Origin: Gemmatimonadaceae bacterium
GTDB lineage: Bacteria > Gemmatimonadota > Gemmatimonadetes > Gemmatimonadales > Gemmatimonadaceae
Length of the DNA: 64,000 bases
Direction: 5' to 3'
NCBI GenBank assembly: GCA_045803545.1
Contig: JBJMOW010000005.1
Span: 672,001-736,000, forward strand
Below the pieces are notes generated by a model. It did no database searches. It saw only the letters and a program-made list of their open reading frames with translations, and had not been told where the DNA came from. The first letter of the stretch is position 1, and each line of letters opens with the position of its first letter. The position numbers and the translations under genes are program-made. Below are positions 20,643 through 30,670 of this stretch, one piece after another.

Positions 20643-20915
20643 ATGGGAATTCTCGCATGGATCGTTCTTGGCCTGATCGCCGGCGCGATCGCCAAGGCAA
20701 TCATGCCGGGCAATGATCCCGGCGGTATCGTCGTGACGATGATCATCGGAATCGTGGGCGCGTTCATTGGCGGTTTTCTGGGGAACATGCTCACTGGCGT
20801 TGGACTCAACGGCTTCTCGATTCAAAGCATCATCCTGGCAGTTGTCGGAGCGCTGATTCTCCTCTGGATTTATCGTATGGCCACCAGAGGACGCACGACG
20901 ACTCGCGTTCCGTAA
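20643..20915 (+). CDS. GlsB/YeaQ/YmgE family stress-response membrane protein
   Basis: 'WIVLGLIAGAIAKAIMPG', 'GIVGAFIGG', 'AVVGALILL'; SD GGAGG. Confidence 0.92.
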   Translation: MGILAWIVLGLIAGAIAKAIMPGNDPGGIVVTMIIGIVGAFIGGFLGNMLTGVGLNGFSIQSIILAVVGALILLWIYRMATRGRTTTRVP

Positions 20916-20943
20916 AGCATCAACGTCTTAGCAGGACAAGGGT

Positions 20944-21207
20944 TTGCCGCTCTGGCTTTACTGGATACTGCTCGGCCTCGTTGCCGGAACACTGGCGAAG
21001 TTTCTGGTGCCAGGGCGGGACCCTTCTGGCTGTATCATCACCATTTTGCTTGGTATTGTCGGCGCCTTCATTGGCGGCTGGCTCGGCACTCGGTTTTTCG
21101 GCTGGGGCACGGTGACCGCCGGCGTCCTTGATTTCCGCTCGATTGGCATCGCCACCGTCGGAGCGATCGTTCTCCTCCTGCTGGGCAGACTCGTCCGACG
21201 TCTCTAG
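20944..21207 (+). CDS. GlsB/YeaQ/YmgE family membrane protein (tandem paralog)
   Basis: 'WILLGLVAGTLAKFLVPGRDP', 'GIVGAFIGG'; TTG start. Confidence 0.88.
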   Translation: MPLWLYWILLGLVAGTLAKFLVPGRDPSGCIITILLGIVGAFIGGWLGTRFFGWGTVTAGVLDFRSIGIATVGAIVLLLLGRLVRRL

Positions 21208-21332
21208 CGAGTGAGGCGTTCGGACCAACTACCAGTCCGGAGTGCGGATTAATTGAGGAGCTCGGAAATCCGCCATCCCTCACCTAATCCGAACTCCGCT
21301 GGTCTGGCAGTTTTGTCCGAACGCCTCAATCG
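21208..21332. repeat. Long imperfect inverted repeat (about 50-nt arms)
   Basis: Left arm GAGTGAGGCGTTCGGACCAACTACCAGTCCGGAGTGCGGATTAATTGAGG vs reverse complement of right arm GATTGAGGCGTTCGGACAAAACTGCCAGACCAGCGGAGTTCGGATTAGGTGAGG. Confidence 0.8.
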
Positions 21333-21392
21333 TCCCATACAGCCGAGCTCGGAATTTCGGCCGCTGTTCGGTGCGACGTTTACATTTCACCT

Positions 21393-24290
21393 GTGAAAGA
21401 CAGTCTGATCGTCCGCGGAGCGCGACAGCACAACCTTAAAGGATTCGATGTCGAAATCCCGCGGCGCACGGTGACGGTCGTCACTGGGCCGTCGGGTTCG
21501 GGAAAGTCGTCGCTGGCGTTTGATACGATCTACGCCGAAGGACAACGACGTTACGTAGAGTCGCTGTCATCGTACGCGAGGCAGTTCCTGGAGCGGATGG
21601 AAAAACCCGACGTCGATCTCGTTGAAGGTCTATCACCCGCCGTCGCGATCGAGCAGCAAAACCCGACCAAGACTTCGCGATCGACTGTCGGCACCGCGAC
21701 GGAGATCTACGATTATCTCCGCCTGTTGTGGGCGCGCGTAGGTCACACGTTTTGTCCGAACTGCGGTCGCGAGATCAAGCCTGACACAGTTCAGTCGGTA
21801 ACGGACAGCGTGATGAAGCTGCCCGAAGGCGTGCGGTTCTACCTTACCTTTCCGCTGCGGCTCTCCAACAAAGTCACCCACGACGTAGTCGTTGAGAATC
21901 TGCGCGCGCAGGGTTTTCTCCGCGTCGCTCTCGACAATGTCGTGTTCCATCTCGACGAGCTCGCGCAATCGAAGCGCGATCTCACTCGCGCGAAAGAAGT
22001 GCTGGTCGTTGTCGATCGGCTTTCAGTTTCACCAGAAAGTGCGGGCCGCCTGAGTGATGCGATCGGCACTGCATTCACCGAAGGCGAGGGCGACTGCGTC
22101 GTCCTGCTCACCGACGAGGTCGCATCTCCGATCGATGGGAGTCCGGTTCTAAAGCTTCGGTTTACCGAACGGTTCGAATGTCCGAACGACGGTTCGGTCG
22201 TTCCAGCGCCGACTCCTCAGCTTTTTTCGTTCAATAATCCTCGCGGCGCCTGCTCTCAATGCAACGGGTTCGGCGCGATCCTCGAGTACGACGAGTCGCT
22301 CGTCGTTCCCTACCCGACGCGTTCTCTGCGCGATGGCGCCATCGATCCGTGGACCAAGCCGCGATACGACAACAAGCGGCGCCAGCTCGCGGAGTTCGCC
22401 AAGCGCGAGCGGATTCCAATGGACAAGGCGTGGGAAAACCTCAACTCTCAACACCGCCAGCTGCTGCTCCATTCTCGTACGCGCGGCTACAAGGGAATCT
22501 TCCCCTTCCTGAAGGATCTCGAGGACAAGCGCTACAAGCAGTACATCCGCGTTTTCCTCCGTCAGTATCAAACAGCGCAGGAATGTCCGCGCTGTCATGG
22601 CACCAAGCTCCAGCCGGAAGCGCTCAACGTGCGGGTCGGCGGTCTCAACATCGCCCAGGTCGCTGATATGGCGGTCGACAAGCTTCTCCTCTGGCTCAGC
22701 GATCTCAAGCTCACCGCGTTCGAACGGCAAATCGCTGTGATGATCCTCAAGGAAGCGCGCGATCGGGTCGCATTCCTTTGCGACGTAGGACTCAGCTACC
22801 TATCGATGAATCGCGCCACGCGGACACTCTCCGGCGGTGAAGCGCAGCGTATTGGCCTCGCGAATTCACTCGGGTCGCAGCTTGTCGACACCCTGTATGT
22901 GCTGGACGAGCCTTCCATCGGGTTGCATTCGCGCGACATGGATCGGTTGCTGAAGCTGCTGAAGCGACTGCGCGACTCCGGAAACAGCGTCCTCGTCGTC
23001 GAGCACGATCTCGCTGCGATCGAGATGGCTGACTACATGGTCGAGCTCGGACCGGGCAGCGGCGAAGCCGGTGGCCATATTGTGTTCGCCGGACCGATGT
23101 CGCGCATCGCTGAGAGTCCGCTGACCGGACAGTACGTGACAGGCAGGCGCTCTATCCCGCTTCCGGAAGATCGTCGCCGACTCGGACCGCGCTGGATAAC
23201 TCTGAGCGGCGCGCGCGAGCACAACCTGAAAAACGTCGACGTGCGCATTCCGATCGGCGCGCTCACGGTTGTGACCGGCGTCTCGGGATCCGGAAAGAGT
23301 ACGCTCGTGCACGACGTTCTTTATCGTGCATTGGAGACGCATCTCGTCGGCGAGCACAGCGCCAAGATCCATCTTGGAGAGCGCGTCGGCGAGTACGACA
23401 CCATCACCGGGTTCGATGCGCTCGACGATGTAGTGCTCATCGATCAAAGTCCAATTGGGAAATCACCGCGCTCGAATCCGGTCACGTACGTCAAAGCGTT
23501 CGACGAGGTCCGGAATATTTTCGCCGACACTCCGCTCGCACGGCAGCGGAAGTACAGCGCCGGGACATTCAGCTTCAATGTGAGCGGTGGAAGATGCGAG
23601 GCGTGTGAGGGCGCTGGTGCCCTCGAAGTCGAAATGGTCTTCATGGCCGACGTCTATGTGCCGTGCGAAGACTGCGGCGGAAAGCGCTACAAGCCCGAGG
23701 TGCTCGATGTCAGGGTGCGTGGAAAGAACATCTACGAAGTACTGAACCTGACCGTCGATCAGGCGATTCGATTTTTCCCGCGCGAAGAGAAACTCGGCCA
23801 GGCACTTTGGCAGCTGCAGCAAGTGGGACTCGGCTATTTGCGACTCGGTCAGCCGGCGACGACCCTTTCCGGCGGCGAGGCGCAGCGGATCAAGGTCGCG
23901 CGCGAGCTGACCCAGGCAGGCAAGAAATCAGGCCGCAAGATGTACGTGATGGACGAGCCCACTACGGGTCTGCACCTCGAGGACATCCGCAAGCTGGCGA
24001 AAGTGTTCGACCGCCTGCTCGAGCAGGGTCACACTCTGGTGTTGATCGAGCACAATCTCGATGTGATCAAGCTCGCTGACTGGATTGTCGATCTCGGGCC
24101 GGAAGGCGGTGTCGGAGGAGGCGAGGTCGTCGCGATGGGCCGACCGGAAGACATCGTCAAGGTTGAAGAGTCTCACACCGGACGTTGGCTCGGCCCCCTG
24201 CTGCAGCCGCGCAAGAATTCTCCATCCATATCGCCGCGGGTCGACTTCGATCGCACCGCTGAGGACGCCGCCCGCCAGCTCGCGCTTTAG
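21393..24290 (+). CDS. uvrA: Excinuclease ABC subunit A
   Basis: 'GARQHNLK', two Walker A motifs ([16 protein letters not shown]), two 'LSGGEAQRI', Zn-finger CxxC motifs, 'IEHNLDVIK'. Confidence 0.96.
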   Translation: MKDSLIVRGARQHNLKGFDVEIPRRTVTVVTGPSGSGKSSLAFDTIYAEGQRRYVESLSSYARQFLERMEKPDVDLVEGLSPAVAIEQQNPTKTSRSTVGTATEIYDYLRLLWARVGHTFCPNCGREIKPDTVQSVTDSVMKLPEGVRFYLTFPLRLSNKVTHDVVVENLRAQGFLRVALDNVVFHLDELAQSKRDLTRAKEVLVVVDRLSVSPESAGRLSDAIGTAFTEGEGDCVVLLTDEVASPIDGSPVLKLRFTERFECPNDGSVVPAPTPQLFSFNNPRGACSQCNGFGAILEYDESLVVPYPTRSLRDGAIDPWTKPRYDNKRRQLAEFAKRERIPMDKAWENLNSQHRQLLLHSRTRGYKGIFPFLKDLEDKRYKQYIRVFLRQYQTAQECPRCHGTKLQPEALNVRVGGLNIAQVADMAVDKLLLWLSDLKLTAFERQIAVMILKEARDRVAFLCDVGLSYLSMNRATRTLSGGEAQRIGLANSLGSQLVDTLYVLDEPSIGLHSRDMDRLLKLLKRLRDSGNSVLVVEHDLAAIEMADYMVELGPGSGEAGGHIVFAGPMSRIAESPLTGQYVTGRRSIPLPEDRRRLGPRWITLSGAREHNLKNVDVRIPIGALTVVTGVSGSGKSTLVHDVLYRALETHLVGEHSAKIHLGERVGEYDTITGFDALDDVVLIDQSPIGKSPRSNPVTYVKAFDEVRNIFADTPLARQRKYSAGTFSFNVSGGRCEACEGAGALEVEMVFMADVYVPCEDCGGKRYKPEVLDVRVRGKNIYEVLNLTVDQAIRFFPREEKLGQALWQLQQVGLGYLRLGQPATTLSGGEAQRIKVARELTQAGKKSGRKMYVMDEPTTGLHLEDIRKLAKVFDRLLEQGHTLVLIEHNLDVIKLADWIVDLGPEGGVGGGEVVAMGRPEDIVKVEESHTGRWLGPLLQPRKNSPSISPRVDFDRTAEDAARQLAL

Positions 24291-24293
24291 GCG

Positions 24294-25097
24294 TTAGCGT
24301 TTTTCCTGCGCCATTCGTGCGACCTTCGTTACGAGATCGCGCGGGAAAAACCGATGACTGGCCGCGACCAGCTTGTTCCTGGCGCCGGGGATCGCAACGC
24401 GCTTTCCCTGCATCATCGCCTGATAACCGAACTCGGCAACACTGGCAGCATCTGCCACGCCGAATAGCGTGAACAATCGCGAGTGCCCGACTTTCGCTGT
24501 CGTGGCAAAATCCGTTTTGGTGGGTCCGGGACAGAGCGCGGTGACCGTCACACCGCTTTCTCGCAACTCCTCGGCGAGTGCCTCGGAGAAACTGAGGACA
24601 TACGCCTTGCTCGCGTAGTATACGGACATCAGTGGTCCGGGCTGAAATGCCGCCGTCGAAGCGACATTCAGAATCCTTCCCGATCTGCGTTTGATCATCG
24701 CCGGCAGGAACAGCTTGGTCAGCTGTGTTAGAGCTGCGATGTTGACCTGAATCATCTCCAGCTCGCGCTCGAGATCCGTGTCCACGAATTCGCCGCCAAG
24801 ACCAAAGCCGGCATTGTTGACGAGAATCTCGATCGGGATGTTCTCGTTGCGCAGAAAATCGGAGATCGCCTGGGGCGCTTCCTGACGGCGCAGGTCGGCT
24901 GCGAAGACATGGGCTGTGATCTTGAATTTGCCTTCCAGCTGTCCGGCCGCTGCTTCGAGAGTGTCCCGTTTTCTCGCGACGAGAACGATATCGAAGCCTT
25001 TGCGAGCGAGAACTTTTGCGAGCTCCAGCCCAATTCCGCCCGAGCCGCCGGTGATGAGCGCGGTTCGTCGCGGGGCGCCGTTCGAGTTTGTAGGCAT
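24294..25097 (-). CDS. Short-chain dehydrogenase/reductase (DltE-like)
   Basis: 'TGGSGGIG', 'NNAGFG', 'YYASK'; start set to ATG 25097 because the longer ORF runs antisense through the tRNA. Confidence 0.9.
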   Translation of the reverse strand: MPTNSNGAPRRTALITGGSGGIGLELAKVLARKGFDIVLVARKRDTLEAAAGQLEGKFKITAHVFAADLRRQEAPQAISDFLRNENIPIEILVNNAGFGLGGEFVDTDLERELEMIQVNIAALTQLTKLFLPAMIKRRSGRILNVASTAAFQPGPLMSVYYASKAYVLSFSEALAEELRESGVTVTALCPGPTKTDFATTAKVGHSRLFTLFGVADAASVAEFGYQAMMQGKRVAIPGARNKLVAASHRFFPRDLVTKVARMAQEKR

Positions 25098-25157
25098 GAG
25101 TGTGTAGAATGGATGGAAATACGGGAGAATCAACCCGTGAGCAGCGCGATGCCTCGG

Positions 25158-25186
25158 TTGATTCAACAGTGATACTCGGCTAATTT
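25158..25186 (+). promoter_or_regulatory. Sigma-70-type promoter of tRNA-Asn
   Basis: TTGATT-17 nt-TAATTT, ending 10 nt before the tRNA. Confidence 0.6.
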
Positions 25187-25196
25187 TCGTTGCTAT

Positions 25197-25269
25197 TCCC
25201 GAGTAGCTCAGGTGGTAGAGCAGGTGACTGTTAATCACCGGGTCGGGGGTTCGAGTCCCTCCTCGGGAG
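25197..25269 (+). tRNA. tRNA-Asn (GTT), CCA not encoded
   Basis: Acceptor TCCCGAG/CTCGGGA, D arm GCTC/GAGC, anticodon arm GGTGA-CTGTTAA-TCACC, T arm GGGGG-TTCGAGT-CCCTC, discriminator G. Confidence 0.96.
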
Positions 25270-25296
25270 CTGTCATAAGACCCAAATCGCAAAAAC

Positions 25297-25327
25297 AAGA
25301 ACGGGCACCTCTGGGTGCCCGTTTTTC
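25297..25327. terminator. Bidirectional intrinsic terminator
   Basis: AACGGGCACC-TCTG-GGTGCCCGTT stem with T-run downstream and A-rich tract upstream; between the tRNA and the convergent YceI gene. Confidence 0.85.
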
Positions 25328-25346
25328 GTTTCGAGCCCTCTGAGAG

Positions 25347-26045
25347 CTACTGCCGGACGAGGTTGAAGTCGATTTCCAGTTTGATCGAGTCGGCGACGCT
25401 GAGTAGCACCGGCACCCGCGGCTGATCCATCTGAATGTCCTGGAAGGTGAACGCAGTGGCGGCCGTTCCGGTCAGGCCGCTGTTGTTGAACTCGACGGTG
25501 CCATTCCAGGTCGTTGGACGCGTCACGCCATGAACGGTCAGGTCCCCGAGCAGCTGGACCCGGGCTGAGCCCGATTTCGGCACTGGTGGCTTGATGCCCC
25601 GAACTTCCGTCGGAACGAAGGTGATCGTCGGGTAGTCGTCGGACTCGAGCAATCGTCCGCGCACGTAACCGTCACGGCGATTCTGGTCGCTGACGAAAGT
25701 GCCCGCCTCGAGCGTGAACTTCGATTCGTCGCGAACGACTTTACCGTTGGCGTCGAACGCAATCGTGCCAGTCAGACTCTTGGTCTCGCCGACGGCGTCA
25801 TTTGGAAAGTCGTGGCCCATCAACTGCTCCCTCACGCGATAACGCGCGGCGCTGCCCGACGGAGCAAGCACGAAGCGAATCGCGGCCTTGCTTGGCGAAG
25901 CTTTTACCGATGTGGTGTTCCGGCTGACGGTCGTGTCCCGCGCCCGGGCGAAGGCAATCTCCGACTTGCCGCCGGTGCACGCGGCGACGATAGCCGCCGA
26001 GACAGCAACGATCATCGACGCGCGCCTGATCGATTGGTTGCTCAT
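25347..26045 (-). CDS. YceI family lipoprotein
   Basis: Lipobox VAAC; 'ARYRVREQL', 'SDQNRRD', 'YPTITF', 'GDLTVHGVTRP'; start ATG 26045. Confidence 0.85.
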   Translation of the reverse strand: MSNQSIRRASMIVAVSAAIVAACTGGKSEIAFARARDTTVSRNTTSVKASPSKAAIRFVLAPSGSAARYRVREQLMGHDFPNDAVGETKSLTGTIAFDANGKVVRDESKFTLEAGTFVSDQNRRDGYVRGRLLESDDYPTITFVPTEVRGIKPPVPKSGSARVQLLGDLTVHGVTRPTTWNGTVEFNNSGLTGTAATAFTFQDIQMDQPRVPVLLSVADSIKLEIDFNLVRQ

Positions 26046-26188
26046 GAAGTTCCGTTCCTCGCTGGTCGGTTGAGATGCGACCGACATTCGTTGCCGGCCA
26101 CCCTCAGAGATTACCAGCCAATTACGAAAAACGGATCGCTTTTGTTGTGAGATGCACTGTGCAGTCATGAACTGCGCCACGCTGCCTT

Positions 26189-27064
26189 TCAACGCCGGGC
26201 GCCCAAACCGGCCACCACACCGCGCATGAACGAAAAGGACTGCCGCATGCCGGGCATCGGATTATCGGGGTCGATCTCGTACTCGAGATTTATGTAACCA
26301 GCGTAATCAACAGCGCGGAGCTGTTGGAAGATTTCCGCGATGGGGATCTTTCCTTCCCCGACAACGCACTGGCTCTCAGCGCTTTTGAAATCGCGCAGAT
26401 CCTTGGCGTGCATGTCGTGGACGCGCGAGCGTGCATCAGCGATCGCCTGTACGGGGTCCGTCCCCGCTCGAACCGTGTGGCCGAGGTCGATGCAGAGGCC
26501 CATGCGGGGATCCATTCCTTTGACTGCTTTAAGCACATCGTAAGGCGAAGGAAAATTCTCGTCCTCGGGGCCGTGATTGTGCACCGCGATTTTGATGTCG
26601 TATTCCCGAGCGAACTTCTCGATTCGCGGGAGGACGGCCGGTTTGCAGGTGCAGACAATCGTGGGCATGCCGGCTGCTCTCGCGTAATCGAAATACTTTT
26701 TGACCCCTTCGTCGGTGTCGGTCTCGAAGGTGATGGTGCCGCCGCCAACCAATTGCAGCCCCGCGGCCGCCAGCTCTGATTTGGCGGTGGCAAACTCGGC
26801 GGCCGACGCGTCGTACGGCAAATGCACCGACTTGAAGTTGATGTAGCGCGCTCCCAGCGAGCGCGTCATCTCGATTGCCTGCTCGCGTGAGAAATTGCGG
26901 AGCGAATAGCTCGCGATCCCGAGCTTGAGCGGCTCAGCCTGGATCCTCAGCGCAGCAACTGAGTCAATCAGCATTTGTGCACGGGCTTTAGTTGGACCGG
27001 CCAATACGGTTGCAGCTGTCGCAGTGGTTATGAACTGTCTGCGTGAAATCGGATGCTCCATCAT
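26189..27064 (-). CDS. Tat-exported sugar-phosphate isomerase/epimerase-like TIM barrel (AP endonuclease 2 family)
   Basis: 'SRRQFI' Tat motif; 'ASYSLR', 'AVHNHGP', 'CIDLGH', 'HAKD', 'LEYE'. Confidence 0.85.
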   Translation of the reverse strand: MMEHPISRRQFITTATAATVLAGPTKARAQMLIDSVAALRIQAEPLKLGIASYSLRNFSREQAIEMTRSLGARYINFKSVHLPYDASAAEFATAKSELAAAGLQLVGGGTITFETDTDEGVKKYFDYARAAGMPTIVCTCKPAVLPRIEKFAREYDIKIAVHNHGPEDENFPSPYDVLKAVKGMDPRMGLCIDLGHTVRAGTDPVQAIADARSRVHDMHAKDLRDFKSAESQCVVGEGKIPIAEIFQQLRAVDYAGYINLEYEIDPDNPMPGMRQSFSFMRGVVAGLGARR

Positions 27065-28494
27065 TTGCTCCTCGAGTCCTCGTCGATTCGGTATGCGCGC
27101 TTCGCCAGATCATAGGCGAGTAGGCGCGCCATCTCTCGGGCGTCGGTAATACTGACGGTGTGCTTTGCGACCAAGCCCGCCACATAATTTGCGTCGACGC
27201 GTCGTGATAAATCGTGACGCGCCGGAATCGAGCAGAACGCGCGGGTGTCATCAGTAAAGCCGGCAGTGTTCTCGATACCTGCGGTCCCGGTAGTCTCGCG
27301 CCGAAAGCGCGCCATGCCTTCGATCGAATCGTGGAACCACCATGGCGCGCCGAGTAGCATCGCGGGATAGTGTCCAGCGAGCGGCGCTAGCTCACGACTA
27401 TAGGCGGATTCATCAAGGGTGAACACGATCAGTCTGAAGCGCGGATCATTTCCGTAAGTGTTGAGCAGTTGGCGAAGATTGCGAGTGAACTCCGTCGCAA
27501 CCGGAATGTCGCCACCCCGATCAGGACCGTATCGTTTGTATACCAGTTCATTGTGATTCCGCAACGCGCCGGCGTGCAGCTGCATCACCAGCCCGTCTTC
27601 GGACGACAGGGCCGCCATCTCCATCAGCATGTGCGACTCAAACCGTGACTGGTCGTGCCGGTTCGCCTTCCCTTCCACTGCGCGAGCAAAAATTCGCTCG
27701 ACGTCATTGTCGGGGAGCCGCTCGGAGTGAGGAGTGACAACGCCATGATCTGTCGCTGTCCCGCCGGCATCCTTGAATTCAGCTCGGCGTTTCCTGATGC
27801 CGTTGATGAAGTCACTGTACCTCTCGATCCCGCGGCGGCTCACCTCGGCGAAGCGCTTTAGCACTTTGATCCAATCGGCGGACCCGATCGCAAATAGCGC
27901 GTCCGGACGAAAGGTGGGTACGATCCGCGTACCGAGATTCCCCGCACGCAGTGTTGCGTGCGATTGGAGTGAGTCGGTCGCGCCATCAGTGGTGGCCAGA
28001 AACTCGATATTGAATCGCTTCAACAGCGCCTGCGGGCGGAATTCCGGCGACTGAAGTCGCTCAGCGATCGCATCGTAAATTTCGCCGGCCGAATCCGCGC
28101 TTAGAGGTCTGTCGATACCGAACACGTCGTGCAGCTCATACTCGATCCAGGCGTGCGTTGGCGTCGCCCGGAACATGTGCCAGTGCTCAGCGAAGGTTCG
28201 CCAGATCTTTTTGGGATCGGTCTCCACCGCGGCCGTAGTGTCGTCGAGCCGTCGCACTCCCACTGACTCGAGCGATACGCCACGCGAGTAAAGAAGTCGC
28301 AGGATGTAATGATCCGGCGTGACAAGCAGAGACGCGGGATCGGCGAACGGTTCGTTGGCCGCCAGCATGGCGGCGTCGACGTGTCCGTGCGGCGAAACGA
28401 TCGGCAGCGCGCGCGTACTCTCGTACAGCTCGCGCGCCAAACCTCTGGTTGTTGGATCAGGATCGAAATATCGATCCTCGTGGAATTCGGTCAC
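27061..28494 (-). CDS. uxaC: Glucuronate isomerase
   Basis: 'LPIVSPHGHVD', 'PDHY', 'PTFRPD', 'MQLHAGALRN', 'WWFHDS', 'DDTRAFCSIPARHD'. Confidence 0.93.
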   Translation of the reverse strand: MTEFHEDRYFDPDPTTRGLARELYESTRALPIVSPHGHVDAAMLAANEPFADPASLLVTPDHYILRLLYSRGVSLESVGVRRLDDTTAAVETDPKKIWRTFAEHWHMFRATPTHAWIEYELHDVFGIDRPLSADSAGEIYDAIAERLQSPEFRPQALLKRFNIEFLATTDGATDSLQSHATLRAGNLGTRIVPTFRPDALFAIGSADWIKVLKRFAEVSRRGIERYSDFINGIRKRRAEFKDAGGTATDHGVVTPHSERLPDNDVERIFARAVEGKANRHDQSRFESHMLMEMAALSSEDGLVMQLHAGALRNHNELVYKRYGPDRGGDIPVATEFTRNLRQLLNTYGNDPRFRLIVFTLDESAYSRELAPLAGHYPAMLLGAPWWFHDSIEGMARFRRETTGTAGIENTAGFTDDTRAFCSIPARHDLSRRVDANYVAGLVAKHTVSITDAREMARLLAYDLAKRAYRIDEDSRSK

Positions 28495-29831
28495 ACCACC
28501 GGCTTCCAGCGCGGATCGTAATCACGGGCCCACAGGCGTGACGCTTCGGCGTCGTTGACGATGTGGCCGTTGCGCGGATCAATGGTCAGCTTGCGACCAA
28601 CCTGTTGCGAGATGGTTCCGAGGTGACAGAGCGTGCCGGTCTTGGCGCCATCTTCGATCGGCGCGGAAAGTGGTGTGTCACCTCGCACGGCGTTGGTGAA
28701 GTTCTCAATGTGGAGCGCAGTCAGCCAATCGTCGCCAACGGTGTTGAGTGCGTCACCTTTTGGCGCTGCTTTCACCTCTTTGACGATGTTGTTCTTGAGA
28801 TCGTAGTGGACGTAGCCGTCGCGATCGACGACGACACTGCCATTCGTCCCGAGCACGGTCGTGCCGCGCGAACGCTGATATAGCTCGAGTCCGTTGCAGC
28901 TCTGCCCCTGCCAGACGATGCTCTTGCCACCGTCGAACACGAAGGTGGCTTCCTGGGTATCGGGAAACTGCCAGTCATCGGCGAAATGAAACCGGCCACC
29001 GGTTGAGATCACACTCGTTGGATAGTCGACACCGAGCAGCCATCGCGCGACGTCGATCTCGTGCGTGCCGTTGTTGCAGATTTCGCCAGTGCCCCAGTTG
29101 GTGAACCAGTGCCAGTTGTAGTGGATGACGTTATCACGATACGGCGTGCGTGGCGCTGGTCCCTGCCAGAGCTCGTAATCGAGATTCGCCGGCACCGGCA
29201 CGACTTTGCCGCGGCCAATGCTGTCGCGGGTGTTCGCGTACCAGCCGCGTGCAAGATATGGGGTGCCGATCTGCCCGTCGCGCACGATGTGTAGCGCTTC
29301 GATGAAGTGAGGCCCGGATCGCGCCTGCGTTCCGAGCTGGACCTTGAGTCTCGGATGCTTCCGAGCCGCCGCAACGATCAGCTCGTCTTCGTGCGGATCG
29401 TGACCACTGGGCTTTTCGACATAGACGTGCTTCCCGGCGTCGAGCGCGAGAATAGTTGCTGGCGCGTGCCAGTGGTCCGGCGCGGCGATAATTAGAGCGT
29501 CGACGTTTTTGTCTTCGAGCGCGCGGCGAAAATCGCTTACCAGTTTTGGCGCGGTTCGCTGCAGCGGAGTAGTCTCCGCCGCCGCTTTGGCCAATACGGT
29601 CGAGTCGACATCGATCAGGTACCCGACGGTTGTGTTTGCCCCGCGCGCGAAGCCGTGTGCGTGGACCATCCCGCGTCCGTTCAGGCCCATCACCGCAACT
29701 ACCATCTTCTCGGCGGGTGACCCCTCGAGCGCGAACAACGGGGAGCCCCGCGATGCAGTGAGCGCACTCACTCCGACTGCCGTTGCTTTCTTGATAAATT
29801 CGCGGCGGGCCAGCGGTTCATCCGACTTCAT
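28491..29831 (-). CDS. Tat-exported Gfo/Idh/MocA oxidoreductase
   Basis: 'ARREFIK' Tat motif; 'GLNGRG', 'APDHWHA', 'YVEKP', 'LWQGPAP', 'NNGTHEID'. Confidence 0.9.
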   Translation of the reverse strand: MKSDEPLARREFIKKATAVGVSALTASRGSPLFALEGSPAEKMVVAVMGLNGRGMVHAHGFARGANTTVGYLIDVDSTVLAKAAAETTPLQRTAPKLVSDFRRALEDKNVDALIIAAPDHWHAPATILALDAGKHVYVEKPSGHDPHEDELIVAAARKHPRLKVQLGTQARSGPHFIEALHIVRDGQIGTPYLARGWYANTRDSIGRGKVVPVPANLDYELWQGPAPRTPYRDNVIHYNWHWFTNWGTGEICNNGTHEIDVARWLLGVDYPTSVISTGGRFHFADDWQFPDTQEATFVFDGGKSIVWQGQSCNGLELYQRSRGTTVLGTNGSVVVDRDGYVHYDLKNNIVKEVKAAPKGDALNTVGDDWLTALHIENFTNAVRGDTPLSAPIEDGAKTGTLCHLGTISQQVGRKLTIDPRNGHIVNDAEASRLWARDYDPRWKPVV

Positions 29832-29843
29832 TGCAACTCCTGC

Positions 29844-30659
29844 TTATAGAACGTGGATCTTGATGTTGCGGAAATAAACTTCGTCAACGTGGTCCTGTAG
29901 CACGATGTGGCCAGCGCGCCGCAGCGCGAAATTGGGGATGCTGTGGTACTTGCTCGCGGCAAGCAGCGAATCCATGCGCGGCGTACCGAGGTCGTAGTGG
30001 ACGACCTTCGCCCCGTTTAACCAGTGCTCGCCGTGATTGCCACGAAAGACGATGCGCGATGTGTTCCAGTCGCCCACCGGATTCAGGCGCTTATTAGGAT
30101 TCGGCGGAATCAGATCGTAGAGAGCGCCGGCGCGGTGCGACGGGATCTTGTTGTCTTCGTGGAGATCGTCGTCGAGTACCTGGTACTCGAAGCCAAGCGC
30201 GGCGTGATTTGGCGCCATAGCCATCGATATCTCTTCTGACACGTTGTATTTGACGCCGCTGTTGCCGGCGCGCGATATCTTCCAGTCGAAACTCAGTTCG
30301 AAGTCGCGGAAAGTATCGATCGTCATAAGGTCCCCGCCGGCGGCGGGCTGTCCATCCGGCAGGCGCGGGACGTCGCCGTCGGCGATTTTTCGGATGGCTC
30401 CGTTCTCGATCTTCCAGTGAGCGGTGGGCACCGAGTCGTAGCCGAGCCCACGCCAGCCGGTGAAAGTGGATCCGTCGAAAAGCAGACGCCAGCCGGCCGC
30501 GACTTCGGCGCCGGTGAGAGTGTTGTCTCGCCGTTCCGCATCCATCCCACCCACGCTCATGGAAAGCCCACGATTCGGAGTGGCCGTGCTAGGCGTCCTA
30601 TGTGCGCAAGCGACGGCACCGAGTGCTAAAGCAATAAGGGTGGTCGGGACGGGTCTCAT
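29844..30659 (-). CDS. DUF1080 (3-keto-disaccharide hydrolase family) lipoprotein
   Basis: Lipobox AVAC; 'GWRLLFDG', 'GNSGVKY', 'EYQVLDD', 'EHWLNG', 'GHIVLQDH', 'FRNIKI'; SD AAGGAG before ATG 30659. Confidence 0.9.
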   Translation of the reverse strand: MRPVPTTLIALALGAVACAHRTPSTATPNRGLSMSVGGMDAERRDNTLTGAEVAAGWRLLFDGSTFTGWRGLGYDSVPTAHWKIENGAIRKIADGDVPRLPDGQPAAGGDLMTIDTFRDFELSFDWKISRAGNSGVKYNVSEEISMAMAPNHAALGFEYQVLDDDLHEDNKIPSHRAGALYDLIPPNPNKRLNPVGDWNTSRIVFRGNHGEHWLNGAKVVHYDLGTPRMDSLLAASKYHSIPNFALRRAGHIVLQDHVDEVYFRNIKIHVL

Positions 30660-30670
30660 TTGAACTCCTT

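Noticed and set aside
25098..25298. N-terminal extension of the SDR ORF
   Set aside because: It is the antisense reading of tRNA-Asn and its promoter
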